Part shown: positions 9,974 to 20,336 of the stretch, one piece after another
Position numbering within the stretch: position 1 is the first letter of the stretch
Layout of the letters: the number at the start of each line of letters is the position of its first letter
Program-made: the position numbers and the translations under genes
Notes under the pieces: model-generated
The model's database searches: none
What the model was told of the DNA's origin: nothing
What the model saw: the letters and a program-made list of their open reading frames with translations, nothing else
NCBI GenBank assembly: GCA_963662615.2
Contig: CAXXSR010000001.1
Coordinates: 1,376,001 to 1,440,000, forward strand
DNA length: 64,000 bases
DNA from: Dehalococcoidia bacterium
GTDB lineage: Bacteria > Chloroflexota > Dehalococcoidia > Bin125
Reading direction: 5' to 3'

Positions 9974-12900
9974 GTGGTCGCGTCGGAGAGCACAGTCGCC
10001 GATGGAATCAAGGCCGGTCTGCTCAGCGGGCTGATGCCCGCCGTGGTCGCCGAAGTGCGTCGCGCCCTCGCCGACGCCGACGCGCCTCCCTTCGGATCCA
10101 GCGCAAGCACGAACGACCAACGCGGGCCCACTTCTCTCGCAGACGATCCGCCGGCCGACGCGCTCGTTAAAAAAACCGACGCGCTTGTTAAAGAATTGGG
10201 TGTCCCAGACGGCGCCAAGGCGGCCGTCATCGCCGCGCTGGCGATGCTCGCGCCGGGACCCGTGCTACTGGTCACGGCCCAGCCCCGGCAGGCCCGCGCC
10301 ATGCTCGACGATCTGCCCGCCTGGCTTCCCTCCCCGCCGCAGCGCCTCGTTCTGCCCTTCCCCGCGCGCGAGTCGCTGCCTTACGAGCAGCGCCGCACCG
10401 ACAGCGCCGCCGCACATGCCCGCCTCCGCGTGCTCGCCGCTCTCGCCGCCGGCGAGCGACCCCTGATCGTCACCGACGTCCAGGCCCTCAGCCAGCGCAC
10501 CCTCCGCCGCGGCGTCGCGCCGCCGGCACTGCGCGCCGGCGCACCCCTCGCGATCGAGCCGTTCCTGACCGCTCTCGATGCCGCTGGCTACCGCGCGGCC
10601 GCTGTCGTCGACGAGCGAGGCGCCTTCGCCCGCCGAGGCGGCATCATTGACATCTTCCCGCCCACTGCCGCGCGGCCCCTCCGCATTGAACTGATCGGCG
10701 ACGAAGTGGAGAGCGTGCGCCACTTCGATCCCGTCACCCAACGCTCCATCGAGCCCGTGGCGGAAGCGACACTGGGCGTCGCCAGCGAAGCCGCAGTCGA
10801 TGAGGAAGCGCGAACGCTCGCCGCCTCCCTGCCCGCCCGCGGCGAGCCTCCCTCTTCATCCCGCACCTGGGACTGGTCCCAAGACCTCGATCAGATCGAA
10901 CGCGGCGCCCTTCCCACCGGCCTCGACTTCTGGACCCCGTTCCTGGCCCGTGGCGCCCTCTGGGACCACCTCCCCCCGACGACGCTCCTCGTCTGGGACG
11001 AACCGGACGATGGCCGGCGCCACCTCAACGAACTCGACGACCTCGCCGTCCGCGCCCGCGAGAGCCTCGAGCGACGCGGGGAGATTCCAGCGGGACTGCC
11101 GCTCCCGCACATGCCCTGCAACGAACTCCTCGCCGGCCTGGGGCCGCTCCGGCCTCGTATCAACCTCAACCGCTTCACCACCCACGTGCCGGACTCACCG
11201 GCCGCCGCGGCCTCCCCACCGGGCACGGAGCACAGCGCCCCAGCGCGTTCATCCACGGAGCCCGCCATCTCTGCGCCTCCGGACGCAAGGCGCGCCAGCG
11301 CGGGCTCCCAACCTGGGGTGGAGCAAACTGACCCATCGCGATGGTTAAAAACACCCCCCGGCTCGACCTCGCCGCAAACCACCCACGCGGCTGCGGCCTC
11401 CGAACCGGGCGCGGAGCAAACTGCCCCGTCGCGATGGTTAAAAACACCCCCCGCCTCTACCTCGCCCGACGCCACCCCCGTCGCCGCGGCCTCCGAACCG
11501 GTCGCGGAGCAAACCGCTCCAGCGCGATGGTTAAAAAAGCGGTTGGGGTTTGCGTCCGTCAACACCTACGGCGGCCGCCTGCACACCCTCATCGACGACC
11601 TCCGCCGCGCACACCAAAGAGCGGATCACATCACCGTCGTGTCGTTGCAGGCGGCGCGCCTCGCCGAACTCTTCGACGAGTACGGCCTGGCGGTCCAACG
11701 TCCCGACACCCTCCCCGCTCCGCCCTCGCCCGGCGCGGTCACCATCCTACGCGGCTCGCTGCCGCAGGGCTGGCGACTGCGGCCCGACAACGGCGGCGGC
11801 GAACAGATCCTCATCACCGACACGGAGATTTTCGGCTTTGCCAAGCAACGCCGTCTCCGCGCCCCCTCACGCTCCAAGCACCCCACGTTTCTGCAAGACC
11901 TGCGACCGGGCGACTTCGTCGTCCACATCGAGCACGGCATCGGCCGCTTCGTCGGCGTCACTCGCGAGCGCATCGGTGAGCGCGAGCGGGAGTACCTCGA
12001 ACTCGAGTATGCGGAAAGCGATCGCCTCCTCGTCCCCACCGACCAGCTCCACCGCCTTCAACGCTACGTCGGTCCCGGCGACGGCACGCCGTCCCTGACG
12101 CGACTCGGCACGCAACACTGGCGGCGGGCCAAAGAGCGCGTCAGCGGCGCGGTCCGTGACCTTGCCGAGCAGCTCCTCCAGCTGCACGCCGCCCGCCAAT
12201 TTCTCCCCGGCATCGCCGCCCCCTCGGACGGCCCCTGGCAGATGGAATTGGAGGCCGCCTTCCCCTACGTGGAGACGGCCGACCAGATCGAGGCCGTGCG
12301 CGCGGCCAAAGCGGACATGGAGCGGCCACGACCCATGGATCGCATCATCGTCGGCGATGTCGGCTACGGCAAAACGGAGGTCGCCGTCCGCGCCGCCTTC
12401 AAGTCCGTCACCGGCGGCTACCAGGTCGCCATGCTCGTCCCCACCACCGTCCTCGCCCAACAGCACTTCAGCACCTTCCGCGAGCGCATGGCCCCCTTCC
12501 CAGTCCGCATTGAGATGCTTTCGCGCTTCCGCTCGCCCGCTGAGCAGAAAGCGATCGTCGCGGGGCTCGACGGCGGCGCCATCGACGTCGTCATCGGCAC
12601 CCACCGGCTCCTCCAAAAAGACGTGCGCTTCAAGTCCCTCGGCCTCGTCATCATCGACGAGGAACAGCGCTTCGGCGTCGCGCACAAAGAGACCCTGAAG
12701 CAGCTGCGCCGTGAGGTGGACGTGCTCACCCTCTCCGCCACCCCCATCCCGCGCACGCTGCACATGGCCCTCAGCGGCATCCGCGACACCTCCACCATCG
12801 AGACCCCGCCCGAAGAGCGACTGCCCATCACCACCTACGTCATGGAGACCGACGACCGCGTCGTGCGCGAAGCGGTCCTCCGCGAGCTGGAACGCGGTGG

Positions 12901-13963
12901 GCAGGTCTACTTCGTCCACAACCGCGTGCAGAGCATTGAGGGCGTCGGCCGCTGGCTGCGCGACCTCGTGCCCGAAGCGCGCATTCTCGTCGGCCACGGG
13001 CAGATGCCGGAAGACCGGCTCCAAAAGGTGATGACCGTGTTCGTCGCCGGCGACGCCGACGTCCTCCTCAGCACCACCATCATCGAGTCGGGCCTCGACA
13101 TCCCCAACGTCAACACCATCATCGTCCACCAGGCGCAACGCTTTGGCCTGGCGCAGCTCTACCAGCTGCGCGGCCGCGTCGGCCGCAGCGCCGCCCAGGC
13201 CTACGCCTACCTCCTTTACGATCGCCACCAACCCCTGACCGAAACCGCCCAGAAGCGCCTCCAGACCGTCTTCGAGGCCACCGAACTCGGCGCCGGCTTC
13301 CAGATCGCCCGGCGCGACCTGGAGATCCGCGGCACCGGCAACATGCTCGGCGCCGAGCAGAGCGGGCACATCGGCGCCGTCGGGTTCGAGTTGTATACGC
13401 AGCTCATGGCCGACGCCGTCGAAGGGCTGCGCGCCCACCGCGAGGGCCGGCCGCCGCAGCCGTCGCGTCGCGGTCCCACCGTCGCCCTGGACCTGCCGCT
13501 CGTCGCCCACATCCCGGACTCCTACATTGAAGACCTCAACCTCCGCCTCTCGATCTATCAGCAGCTCGCGACTTTGGAGACGCCTGAGGAAGCCGACGCC
13601 ATGATCGCCAACCTCCGCGATCGCTTCGGGCCTCCACCCGCCCCCGTCACCACCCTCCTCCGCACCGTCCGCGTGCGCGCCCTCGCCGCCCGTCTCGGCG
13701 CGGATTCCCTCCAGCGCGAGGAGGAGCGGATCGTCCTCCGCCTGCCGGTGGGCCTCGGCTTCAACGACGCCCAGCGCCGTCAGCCACTCCCCGGCGGCGT
13801 CACCATGACTCCCCGCACCCTCCGCATCGACCTCCGCCACCACGGCGAACGCTGGTTGGACGCGCTGGAGCCTCTCCTGGAGCAGCTTGGCGCCGCAGTG
13901 CCTTCCCCGCACAACGCCGTCGCCACTGCCACCGCGACTGCACCCGCAACCGCGCCGCCGTAG
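9974..13963 (+). CDS. mfd: Transcription-repair coupling factor
   Basis: [40 protein letters not shown], CarD-like RID, TRCF C-terminus; GTG 9974 has a GGAGG RBS. Confidence 0.97.
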   Translation: MVASESTVADGIKAGLLSGLMPAVVAEVRRALADADAPPFGSSASTNDQRGPTSLADDPPADALVKKTDALVKELGVPDGAKAAVIAALAMLAPGPVLLVTAQPRQARAMLDDLPAWLPSPPQRLVLPFPARESLPYEQRRTDSAAAHARLRVLAALAAGERPLIVTDVQALSQRTLRRGVAPPALRAGAPLAIEPFLTALDAAGYRAAAVVDERGAFARRGGIIDIFPPTAARPLRIELIGDEVESVRHFDPVTQRSIEPVAEATLGVASEAAVDEEARTLAASLPARGEPPSSSRTWDWSQDLDQIERGALPTGLDFWTPFLARGALWDHLPPTTLLVWDEPDDGRRHLNELDDLAVRARESLERRGEIPAGLPLPHMPCNELLAGLGPLRPRINLNRFTTHVPDSPAAAASPPGTEHSAPARSSTEPAISAPPDARRASAGSQPGVEQTDPSRWLKTPPGSTSPQTTHAAAASEPGAEQTAPSRWLKTPPASTSPDATPVAAASEPVAEQTAPARWLKKRLGFASVNTYGGRLHTLIDDLRRAHQRADHITVVSLQAARLAELFDEYGLAVQRPDTLPAPPSPGAVTILRGSLPQGWRLRPDNGGGEQILITDTEIFGFAKQRRLRAPSRSKHPTFLQDLRPGDFVVHIEHGIGRFVGVTRERIGEREREYLELEYAESDRLLVPTDQLHRLQRYVGPGDGTPSLTRLGTQHWRRAKERVSGAVRDLAEQLLQLHAARQFLPGIAAPSDGPWQMELEAAFPYVETADQIEAVRAAKADMERPRPMDRIIVGDVGYGKTEVAVRAAFKSVTGGYQVAMLVPTTVLAQQHFSTFRERMAPFPVRIEMLSRFRSPAEQKAIVAGLDGGAIDVVIGTHRLLQKDVRFKSLGLVIIDEEQRFGVAHKETLKQLRREVDVLTLSATPIPRTLHMALSGIRDTSTIETPPEERLPITTYVMETDDRVVREAVLRELERGGQVYFVHNRVQSIEGVGRWLRDLVPEARILVGHGQMPEDRLQKVMTVFVAGDADVLLSTTIIESGLDIPNVNTIIVHQAQRFGLAQLYQLRGRVGRSAAQAYAYLLYDRHQPLTETAQKRLQTVFEATELGAGFQIARRDLEIRGTGNMLGAEQSGHIGAVGFELYTQLMADAVEGLRAHREGRPPQPSRRGPTVALDLPLVAHIPDSYIEDLNLRLSIYQQLATLETPEEADAMIANLRDRFGPPPAPVTTLLRTVRVRALAARLGADSLQREEERIVLRLPVGLGFNDAQRRQPLPGGVTMTPRTLRIDLRHHGERWLDALEPLLEQLGAAVPSPHNAVATATATAPATAPP
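11300..11540 (+). repeat. 93-bp (31-aa) in-frame tandem repeat inside mfd, about 2.5 copies
   Basis: GAGCAAAC...GCGATGGTTAAAAA units at 11321, 11414 and 11507. Confidence 0.9.
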
Positions 13964-14036
13964 CGCTCTCGCCCCCGGCCCCGAGTGCTAGCATCAACTC
14001 CGACCTGGACCCCTACCGCAATGAGCACGACCACGT

Positions 14037-14113
14037 CGGGGCGTAGCGCAGTCCGGTAGCGCACTTGACTGGGGGTCAAGAGGTCGCCGGTTCAAATCCG
14101 GCCGCCCCGACCA
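14037..14113 (+). tRNA. tRNA-Pro(GGG)
   Basis: CGGGGCG/CGCCCCG acceptor stem, CTTGA/TCAAG anticodon stem with GGG, GTTCAAATC T-loop, encoded CCA. Confidence 0.98.
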
Positions 14114-14309
14114 TCTCTTTCTGCCACTTCGATCCGCCATCCGCTGCCGAACCCCTGCTGCGACAGGTGAACGGCAGCGTCCCTCCGCCGCCCCACCCCG
14201 CGTAATCCCCGACACCTTCGCCGGCGCCGCGCACCCCACCGGCCCCGTAACGGGCTGCGCTGTCACCTGTCTATCTACGCTGGCCCGAACCCGTCCCGAA
14301 AGCCGCCAC

Positions 14310-14688
14310 GTGATCACGCTCGCGCACTTCTTGATCGTCATCAGCCTCTGGACCGGCGCCAGCGTGACAACCGTGCACGAGCCTGATCCGGCCACCGTCC
14401 TCCGCGTCACGCAGGCGCTCGCCGGCCTGCGCGTATCACGACGAATCGCAGCCGGGCCGGGTCACGCTCTGGGACTGTCGGCCGATCCTCGAGGGCCGCG
14501 AGATCGTCTGGGCCGGCGTCGATCCCTACCGCACGCTCTTGCATGAGGTGGCCCACTGGCAGGACACCCTGCATGACGGCGCCGAGAACGGATCGCTCTG
14601 CGGCATGGAGTCCGATCCCTGGGACGGCAGCTACTGGAGCGACCCGGCCGAACGCTGCGCCCGCGCGCGTGCGGCCGCCGGCGTCTAA
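14310..14688 (+). pseudogene. Frameshifted small secreted HExxH (zincin-like) protein
   Basis: Signal-like MITLAHFLIVISLW; +1 frame from about 14415 gives ...YRTLLHEVAHWQD...PAERCA..*. Confidence 0.55.
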
Positions 14689-15078
14689 CGCATTTCTCGG
14701 CCTCTTCGCGCCCGCTCAGCTCCGCCCTACAGCCGCCCGCTTGGCTCCTCGGCCCGACGAAGCGGTCGCCGCTCCAAGGTCCGGAATCTCGAAGGCCACT
14801 CTGAGGTCTCGCTGCACTTAGGGGCAGAAAGCGTCCTCAGAGCGTCACAAACGTGTGCCTAACGTGTCTACTAGGCGTCCCAAGTGGCGGGGTCCGTTTC
14901 GTATTCCGACGGACTCACCAGTCGATGATCGAGCCGACGCCTGTGAGAGTGGCGGACGGGGAGGCCGAGCATGGAGCCGCTCCGCGCTGAGCGAGGCAGC
15001 CGGTCGCCCAAGAATGACGTTCAAACATCGTCTGCGGGAATTTGCGCCCGCCGTTTAGAGATGCCCCGAATTATCCGA

Positions 15079-15150
15079 GCCTTCGATCACATAAGCGCCT
15101 TCGATCACATAAGGGCCTTCGATCACATAAGGGCCTTCGATCACATAAGC
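15079..15150. repeat. 18-bp tandem repeat x4
   Basis: GCCTTCGATCACATAAG(C/G) x4, no spacers. Confidence 0.97.
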
Positions 15151-15223
15151 GATGGCGCTGTCGGGATCCCCGCCAGCCTCGTTGGACCTGCGCGGGCCGG
15201 CCGTTCATGAGGGAGTGACGACT

Positions 15224-15463
15224 ATGCGACTGTGGAACACTGGTATGCAGATGATGGCGCTGGCCGCGGTCACGCTGACCTTGGCACGGTCATACCTGGA
15301 CCCGACGGGCGGCGGCATCCTCATCTCGCTCCTGCTCGCCGGCACGGCGAGCCCCATCATCATTTGGCGGCTGTTTCTCGGTCGGTTCCGGCTTCGCCGC
15401 GACTCGGATGAAGGGGAAGTGGACACGACCGCCAACGCGACGGATGAAAGCTCAGAGCGTTGA
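15224..15463 (+). CDS. Small membrane peptide with YLDP(T)GG motif (YLDPGTG-like)
   Basis: GGGAG RBS; leader-like segment, SYLDPTGGG, TM helix, basic then acidic tail; stop overlaps the next TTG. Confidence 0.7.
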   Translation: MRLWNTGMQMMALAAVTLTLARSYLDPTGGGILISLLLAGTASPIIIWRLFLGRFRLRRDSDEGEVDTTANATDESSER

Positions 15464-16890
15464 TCGTGACCGACGTCGACCCGCCGCCCGGGGACGTCGT
15501 GCGGGCGGACCTTGGCTCGTTCCGCGACCCGCGGAACGGCGTCTTCCGGCTGGACGGCAGAGTCCTTCGCTACTTCGATGAGCGCGGCTGGCAGACGTTC
15601 GAGAGCCTCCGTCGCTGCGGTGTACTCGACGCGCTCACCGACGAGAGGCTGATCCTCCCGGCACTGGAGCTCAGCGCCGACGAGTTGCGACGCATTTGCG
15701 AGGCCGCCCCGTCCGCCGTCGGCGCGATCGAGCAGCCCCGCGTGCCCTTTTTCTCCTACTCGTACGAGTGGACTTTCAACATGCTCCGCGACGCCGCCCT
15801 ACTGCAGCTCGAGGTCTTGGACCGGCTCCTAGAGGCGGGGTTCATCCTCAAGGATGGCCAGGCCGACAACGTCCAGTTCATCGGCAGCCGACCTGTCTTC
15901 ATCGACGTTGGCTCGATCGAGCCGTACGAGCCCGGACAGGTCTGGCCTGGCTACGCGCAGTTCTGCGCCACGTACCTCACGCCACTTCTGATCGAGGCGA
16001 AGACAGGTGTGCCCTTCCAGCGGCTCCTGCGCGGGGCCGCGCAGGGCATCAGTGTCGGCGAAGCGGCTCGCCTCCTCCCTTGGCGCACGCGCCTGCGGCG
16101 CGGGCCGTTCATCCATGTCTATCTCCAGGCGTGGCTCCAGCGTCGCTACGCGGACACCGCCGACAGAGCGCGGTCTGCCTTCGGCGGTCGTGTGGTCGAC
16201 GCGGACGGCGTCCGACGCCAGGTGCGTTCGCTGCGCAGTCTCGTGCAGAACCTGCCTGCGCCAAGGGCAACGTCGGTGTGGTCCGGCTACGACCCGGATG
16301 CTTCGTACGCCCCTTCCGCGCGGGAAGTGAAACAGCGTGTCGTCGAGCAGGCGCTGGCCGCCGCCGCCCCCAGCTCGGTCTGGGATGTTGGCTGCAACAC
16401 CGGCGAATACAGCCGTCGTGCGGTTCAGCACAGCCAGTACGTCGTGGCGATGGACTTCGACCCCGCCGCCGTCGACCGGCTCTACCTCGACTGTCGTTCA
16501 AGCGAGTCGATCTTGCCTCTGGTGCAAGACATCGCCGATCCGTCGCCTGACCAGGGCTGGGCGCACGGCGAGCGCCAGGGGCTGCGCTCCCGCGGGCCCG
16601 CCGATTTCGTGCTCTGGCTCGCCCTGAGCCATCACATGGCCTTTGACCGCGCGGTCCCGCCGGCCCGGCAGGCGGCGTGGATTCGTGCCTTGGCGCGAGG
16701 TGGTGTGGTCGAGTTCGTCCCGCCGTCCGATCCGATGGTGCGGCGCATGCTCGCCCTCCGAAATGACCAGACGCCCGACCCGCGTTATACCCGCTCTGCA
16801 TTTGAGGCCGCACTCGCAGAGCGCTTCGGTTCAATGCAAGCGCACGAACTCCCCGACTCGGAGCGCGTGCTCTACACCGTCGCGGCATAG
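15460..16890 (+). CDS. NoeA-like protein: kinase-like N-domain plus class I SAM methyltransferase
   Basis: SFRDP, YSYEW, LKDGQADNVQF, FIDVGS; C-terminal WDVGCNTG, LALSHH, VEFVP..DPMV. Confidence 0.85.
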   Translation: MIVTDVDPPPGDVVRADLGSFRDPRNGVFRLDGRVLRYFDERGWQTFESLRRCGVLDALTDERLILPALELSADELRRICEAAPSAVGAIEQPRVPFFSYSYEWTFNMLRDAALLQLEVLDRLLEAGFILKDGQADNVQFIGSRPVFIDVGSIEPYEPGQVWPGYAQFCATYLTPLLIEAKTGVPFQRLLRGAAQGISVGEAARLLPWRTRLRRGPFIHVYLQAWLQRRYADTADRARSAFGGRVVDADGVRRQVRSLRSLVQNLPAPRATSVWSGYDPDASYAPSAREVKQRVVEQALAAAAPSSVWDVGCNTGEYSRRAVQHSQYVVAMDFDPAAVDRLYLDCRSSESILPLVQDIADPSPDQGWAHGERQGLRSRGPADFVLWLALSHHMAFDRAVPPARQAAWIRALARGGVVEFVPPSDPMVRRMLALRNDQTPDPRYTRSAFEAALAERFGSMQAHELPDSERVLYTVAA

Positions 16891-16906
16891 CGGCACGGCG
16901 CCGGAC

Positions 16907-18673
16907 ATGTCCACGCTCGACCACCTACACACGCTCGCTCGGACGCCGCTGGCGTCTGTGGCGCGACGGAGCGTCGTCGTTTTCGGCCTCTTCTACGTGC
17001 TCTGGATGACGTCGTACTTCGACTTCATGAAGGACAGCCTGGCGCTGGTCAATCCGATTGCCGGGGACGGGGACGCGGCGCTGATCGTGATGACCCTCAC
17101 CGGCTACGCGCTCGTCGTCTCGGTCGTGTTCGCGGCGCTGACCCGTCGATGGTCGGAGCGGCGCTTCCTCGCCGCCGTCGTCGGGGTAGGCGGCGCGCTG
17201 ACCGTTTCCAACGCCGTTGCGCTCGGTTTGGACTCCATGCTGTCGTGGGGGTCGTTGGTCCTGCTCGCTTTGGCCGCGATCGCGGTCTGGCGTCTCGGCC
17301 GGCACGACTTGATCTGGGTGAGCACTGCGCTCGGTATCGTGGCGTCGCTGTATGCCTGGGGCGACCATGTCACCTTCGCGATCGACTCGGTGAGCGGGAA
17401 CGATGCGGCGCCGGCGGCCGTCGTGGAAGTGCCTGAGACAGATAACCCGCTGCCCAGCGTCTATGTTCTCCTCTTGGACGAGCTCTCCCTCAGCCTCGTC
17501 AACGCGTACGCCAGCTTCACGGAGCTGCCCAACATCGGCCGGCTCGTGGAGCAAGGCACCTACTTGCCGCGCGCCTACTCGACGACGGATCTCACCATGA
17601 CAAGCGTGCCGTCGGCGCTCACGGGCCTGCTCCCCAGCAGGGAGCGCTTCGCCAGGGGCAACAGCGGCTACGAGACCGACTGGCTGCGCGACGCGAACAA
17701 CCTCATCAGCGACCTGGAACGACTCGGCTACCGCGTCACGATCACGCCCGACATCTTCGGCGCCTGCGCCGTCGTGGCATGTTCGCGCCTGGAGGCCGCC
17801 GACCTGCTGGAGCCCACCCTCAATGAGCGCGACCTCTTCCAGTTCGCGGTCGACCATTTCGTGCACCAGGTCTCGTTCGGGCAACAGCCCGCGCCCGACG
17901 TGGGCGAACTCTTCAGGGGCCAGGCATTCGCGTACCTGGGGGGAGAACAGGTCGATCTGGGACACGACACGGACCAGCCCCAGTTCGTCTTCCTCCACTT
18001 CATGCAGACGCACTACCCGTACACACACGCCCGTGACGGCACGCTGCACGGCAGAGAACCAGTCTCGTTCGACCACGGCACCGACGACAACGCCGCGACG
18101 ATCGCGGCGAACGCGTTCGAGTCCGTCCTCTGGGCCGACCTGGTGCTGGGGCCCATCGTCGACGCGTTGCTGGCGCTGCCGGCGGAGGAGCGCATTGTGC
18201 TCCTCATGTCGGACCACGGTGTGAGCTGGCGCGACGATCCATACTTCCGCCACAGGGGCACCATGCGCACACCCCAGCTGCATGTCCCTGTCGTGCTTCT
18301 GGCGCCGGGGATCGAGCCTGGCGTGGACCCGCAGCTGTTCCCGCTGATCGACACGTACCCGACGCTCGTCGACCTCATCAACGAAGCGGTCGGCGCGACG
18401 GTGCTCACCGCGCCGCGGGGGATCGACGGCCTCAGCCTCTGGGCCAGCACGACGGTGCGCCGTGAGCGTGACCACTTCGCCTTCAGCATGGGCTGCCGCT
18501 TCCAGCTTCGGGGCGACGAATGGCACTTCGTCGAGCTGTACAAGGGCTTCCACCAGCCGCCTTGCGGCACGACCTCGACCCCGGCTGAAGAGCTGGCGCT
18601 CACTCCCCAGGCCGAGACCGAGGCGCTCATCACCGCCGCCGCCGGCAGCGCCGCCGCTTCCCGTTCGCCCTGA
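16907..18673 (+). CDS. Membrane-anchored sulfatase/LTA-synthase-like (alkaline phosphatase superfamily) protein
   Basis: About 5 TM helices, then LLLDEL, T.TSVPS (Thr nucleophile), HFMQTHYPY, MSDHG. Confidence 0.85.
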   Translation: MSTLDHLHTLARTPLASVARRSVVVFGLFYVLWMTSYFDFMKDSLALVNPIAGDGDAALIVMTLTGYALVVSVVFAALTRRWSERRFLAAVVGVGGALTVSNAVALGLDSMLSWGSLVLLALAAIAVWRLGRHDLIWVSTALGIVASLYAWGDHVTFAIDSVSGNDAAPAAVVEVPETDNPLPSVYVLLLDELSLSLVNAYASFTELPNIGRLVEQGTYLPRAYSTTDLTMTSVPSALTGLLPSRERFARGNSGYETDWLRDANNLISDLERLGYRVTITPDIFGACAVVACSRLEAADLLEPTLNERDLFQFAVDHFVHQVSFGQQPAPDVGELFRGQAFAYLGGEQVDLGHDTDQPQFVFLHFMQTHYPYTHARDGTLHGREPVSFDHGTDDNAATIAANAFESVLWADLVLGPIVDALLALPAEERIVLLMSDHGVSWRDDPYFRHRGTMRTPQLHVPVVLLAPGIEPGVDPQLFPLIDTYPTLVDLINEAVGATVLTAPRGIDGLSLWASTTVRRERDHFAFSMGCRFQLRGDEWHFVELYKGFHQPPCGTTSTPAEELALTPQAETEALITAAAGSAAASRSP

Positions 18674-18846
18674 CCTGTCCTTCTTTCTAGGGAAGGAGCC
18701 CGTCGAAGGGTCGAAAGGCGACCGAGTCCTGCACCCCCTCTCCATCGCTCACCGATGGAGAGGGGGCTGGGGAGTGAGGTCATCCCGTCACCCTGACCCG
18801 TTCGCCCTGACCCGTCCTTCCGTCTTAGGAAGGAGCCTGCCAAAGG
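18668..18846 (+). repeat. REP-like composite palindromic repeat
   Basis: CCTGACCTGTCCTTC..GGAAGGAGCCCGTCGAAGG plus CCCCCTCTCCATCG..CGATGGAGAGGGGG hairpin. Confidence 0.85.
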
Positions 18847-18992
18847 AGCGAACGGCGTCGACGCGGCCGGGCCTGACCTTGACGCCATCCGCTACCCTGC
18901 ACCCTGTTCGGGACGCTGGCGCCGTGGCAGAGCCGCGGCGCCCCTACCCGGCCTGAAGCAACAACGGCAGGAGAGAAAGGACACGGAACACC

Positions 18993-19562
18993 ATGACGCA
19001 AACGACAACCGAGCCGCGGATGCTCAACGGGGTCAACGTCGATACCCTCTACGCGACGCTGGACGCCATCAAGGGTCAGCCGGACCTCGGCAAGTTCCAG
19101 TTCCGCACCAAGAACCGCTGGATCGACGGGGCGCACAACCAGACCACCATCACCGACTTCTACGGCGCCGGCCAGGACCAGCCGCACACCCAATCCTTCA
19201 CGATCGACGCGGGCGAGCCCGCGGTGTTGTTAGGGACCGACACGGGGGCGAACCCAGCAGAGGCTGCCTTGCATGCTCTTGCAGCCTGCCTCACGACAAC
19301 GCTCGTCTACTCCGCGGCCGCGCGCGGCGTGAAATTGTCGGAGGTTGAGTCCACCCTGGAAGGGAACTGCGACGTGCAGGGGGCCCTGGGCCTCTCGGAC
19401 GACGTGCCCAACGGCTTCCAGGACATCACAGTGCCGATCAAGATAAAGGGCGACGCCCCACGCGAGAAACTTCAGGCGATTGTCAAGAATGCTCAGGCTC
19501 GATCGTTCATCTTCGACACCATGAGCAGGGAGATTCCGGTCAGCGTCAAGCTCGTGGACTAG
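18993..19562 (+). CDS. OsmC family protein
   Basis: LNGVNVD, GEPAVLLGTDTGANPAE..LAACL. Confidence 0.9.
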   Translation: MTQTTTEPRMLNGVNVDTLYATLDAIKGQPDLGKFQFRTKNRWIDGAHNQTTITDFYGAGQDQPHTQSFTIDAGEPAVLLGTDTGANPAEAALHALAACLTTTLVYSAAARGVKLSEVESTLEGNCDVQGALGLSDDVPNGFQDITVPIKIKGDAPREKLQAIVKNAQARSFIFDTMSREIPVSVKLVD

Positions 19563-19744
19563 CCCTCTCTCAGCGCTGTTGATCGAGCAAGGAGCCCGTG
19601 CCATCCCGGAGGAGCTTGCCTCGGGTCCGACTGCACTTCAGAGAGGACGGTCCGACATAGGATCGGAATCTGCGTCCGCGGCCGACGACAGGGGTCCGGC
19701 GCGCGGAAAGATCGTTCGGACCGACGGCGGCTGAGGAAGAACCG

Positions 19745-20161
19745 ATGGCGACGGACGCGAACCCAGCGCAAGCCCTGACGGTCGGCGAGGCATTGTTGGA
19801 GGCGCTCTGTGCCCGCGCCTTCGATCGCGTTGAAGGCATCCTTGCCCCCGACATGCGGATGCGTACGCTCCTGCCAAGTGGGCACCACGACTACGCCGGT
19901 GCGGGCGAAGCCACAGCGGCGTTTACCGATTGGTTTGGCGGGGCGGACGACTTCGAGGTAGTCCAAGCCGGCGCGAATGAGGTCGCAGAGGCTCGCTTGC
20001 ACCTCTCCTATCGCTTCCGCTTGCGACGACCGAGAGCGGTGCATACCGAGGTCGTCGAGCAGCACGCGTTCTGCAAAGTTCTCGACGGGCGGATCGTAAC
20101 GATCGACCTGGTGTGCTCCGGCTTTCGACCTGCCCCGGAGAATGCCGGCGTCGTTCAGTGA
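19745..20161 (+). CDS. SnoaL/NTF2-like protein
   Basis: LLEAL.ARAFD..LAPD.R.R.LLP...EQHAF..V.DGRI..IDLVCSGF; GAGGA RBS. Confidence 0.7.
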   Translation: MATDANPAQALTVGEALLEALCARAFDRVEGILAPDMRMRTLLPSGHHDYAGAGEATAAFTDWFGGADDFEVVQAGANEVAEARLHLSYRFRLRRPRAVHTEVVEQHAFCKVLDGRIVTIDLVCSGFRPAPENAGVVQ

Positions 20162-20336
20162 AACGAAGCTAGCGGCCGAGACGCCCCTGGAGGTGCACAA
20201 TTCCATCCCCGGAGTCGGAGAGAGTGGTGCCCTCCCACATCGAGCCCGCACGGCGTCGGCGCTGGGCCGGCCGCTGTGATGGCCGGCGTGCTCGAACCTC
20301 GCTGAGCCGCCCACAAGAGTTCGGGGGGATCGTGGC

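Noticed and set aside
11300-11540. CRISPR-like array or intein in mfd
   Set aside because: The whole 93-bp unit is homologous and in frame; no intein C/S...HN termini
14037-14310. Integrative element at tRNA-Pro
   Set aside because: No integrase and no duplicated tRNA 3' end seen in the window
14799-14842. Stem-loop CTCTGAGG/CCTCAGAG as an ncRNA or riboswitch
   Set aside because: Single 8-bp stem with no recognisable family consensus
15079-15150. CRISPR array
   Set aside because: Head-to-tail 18-mers with no spacers; no cas genes in the window
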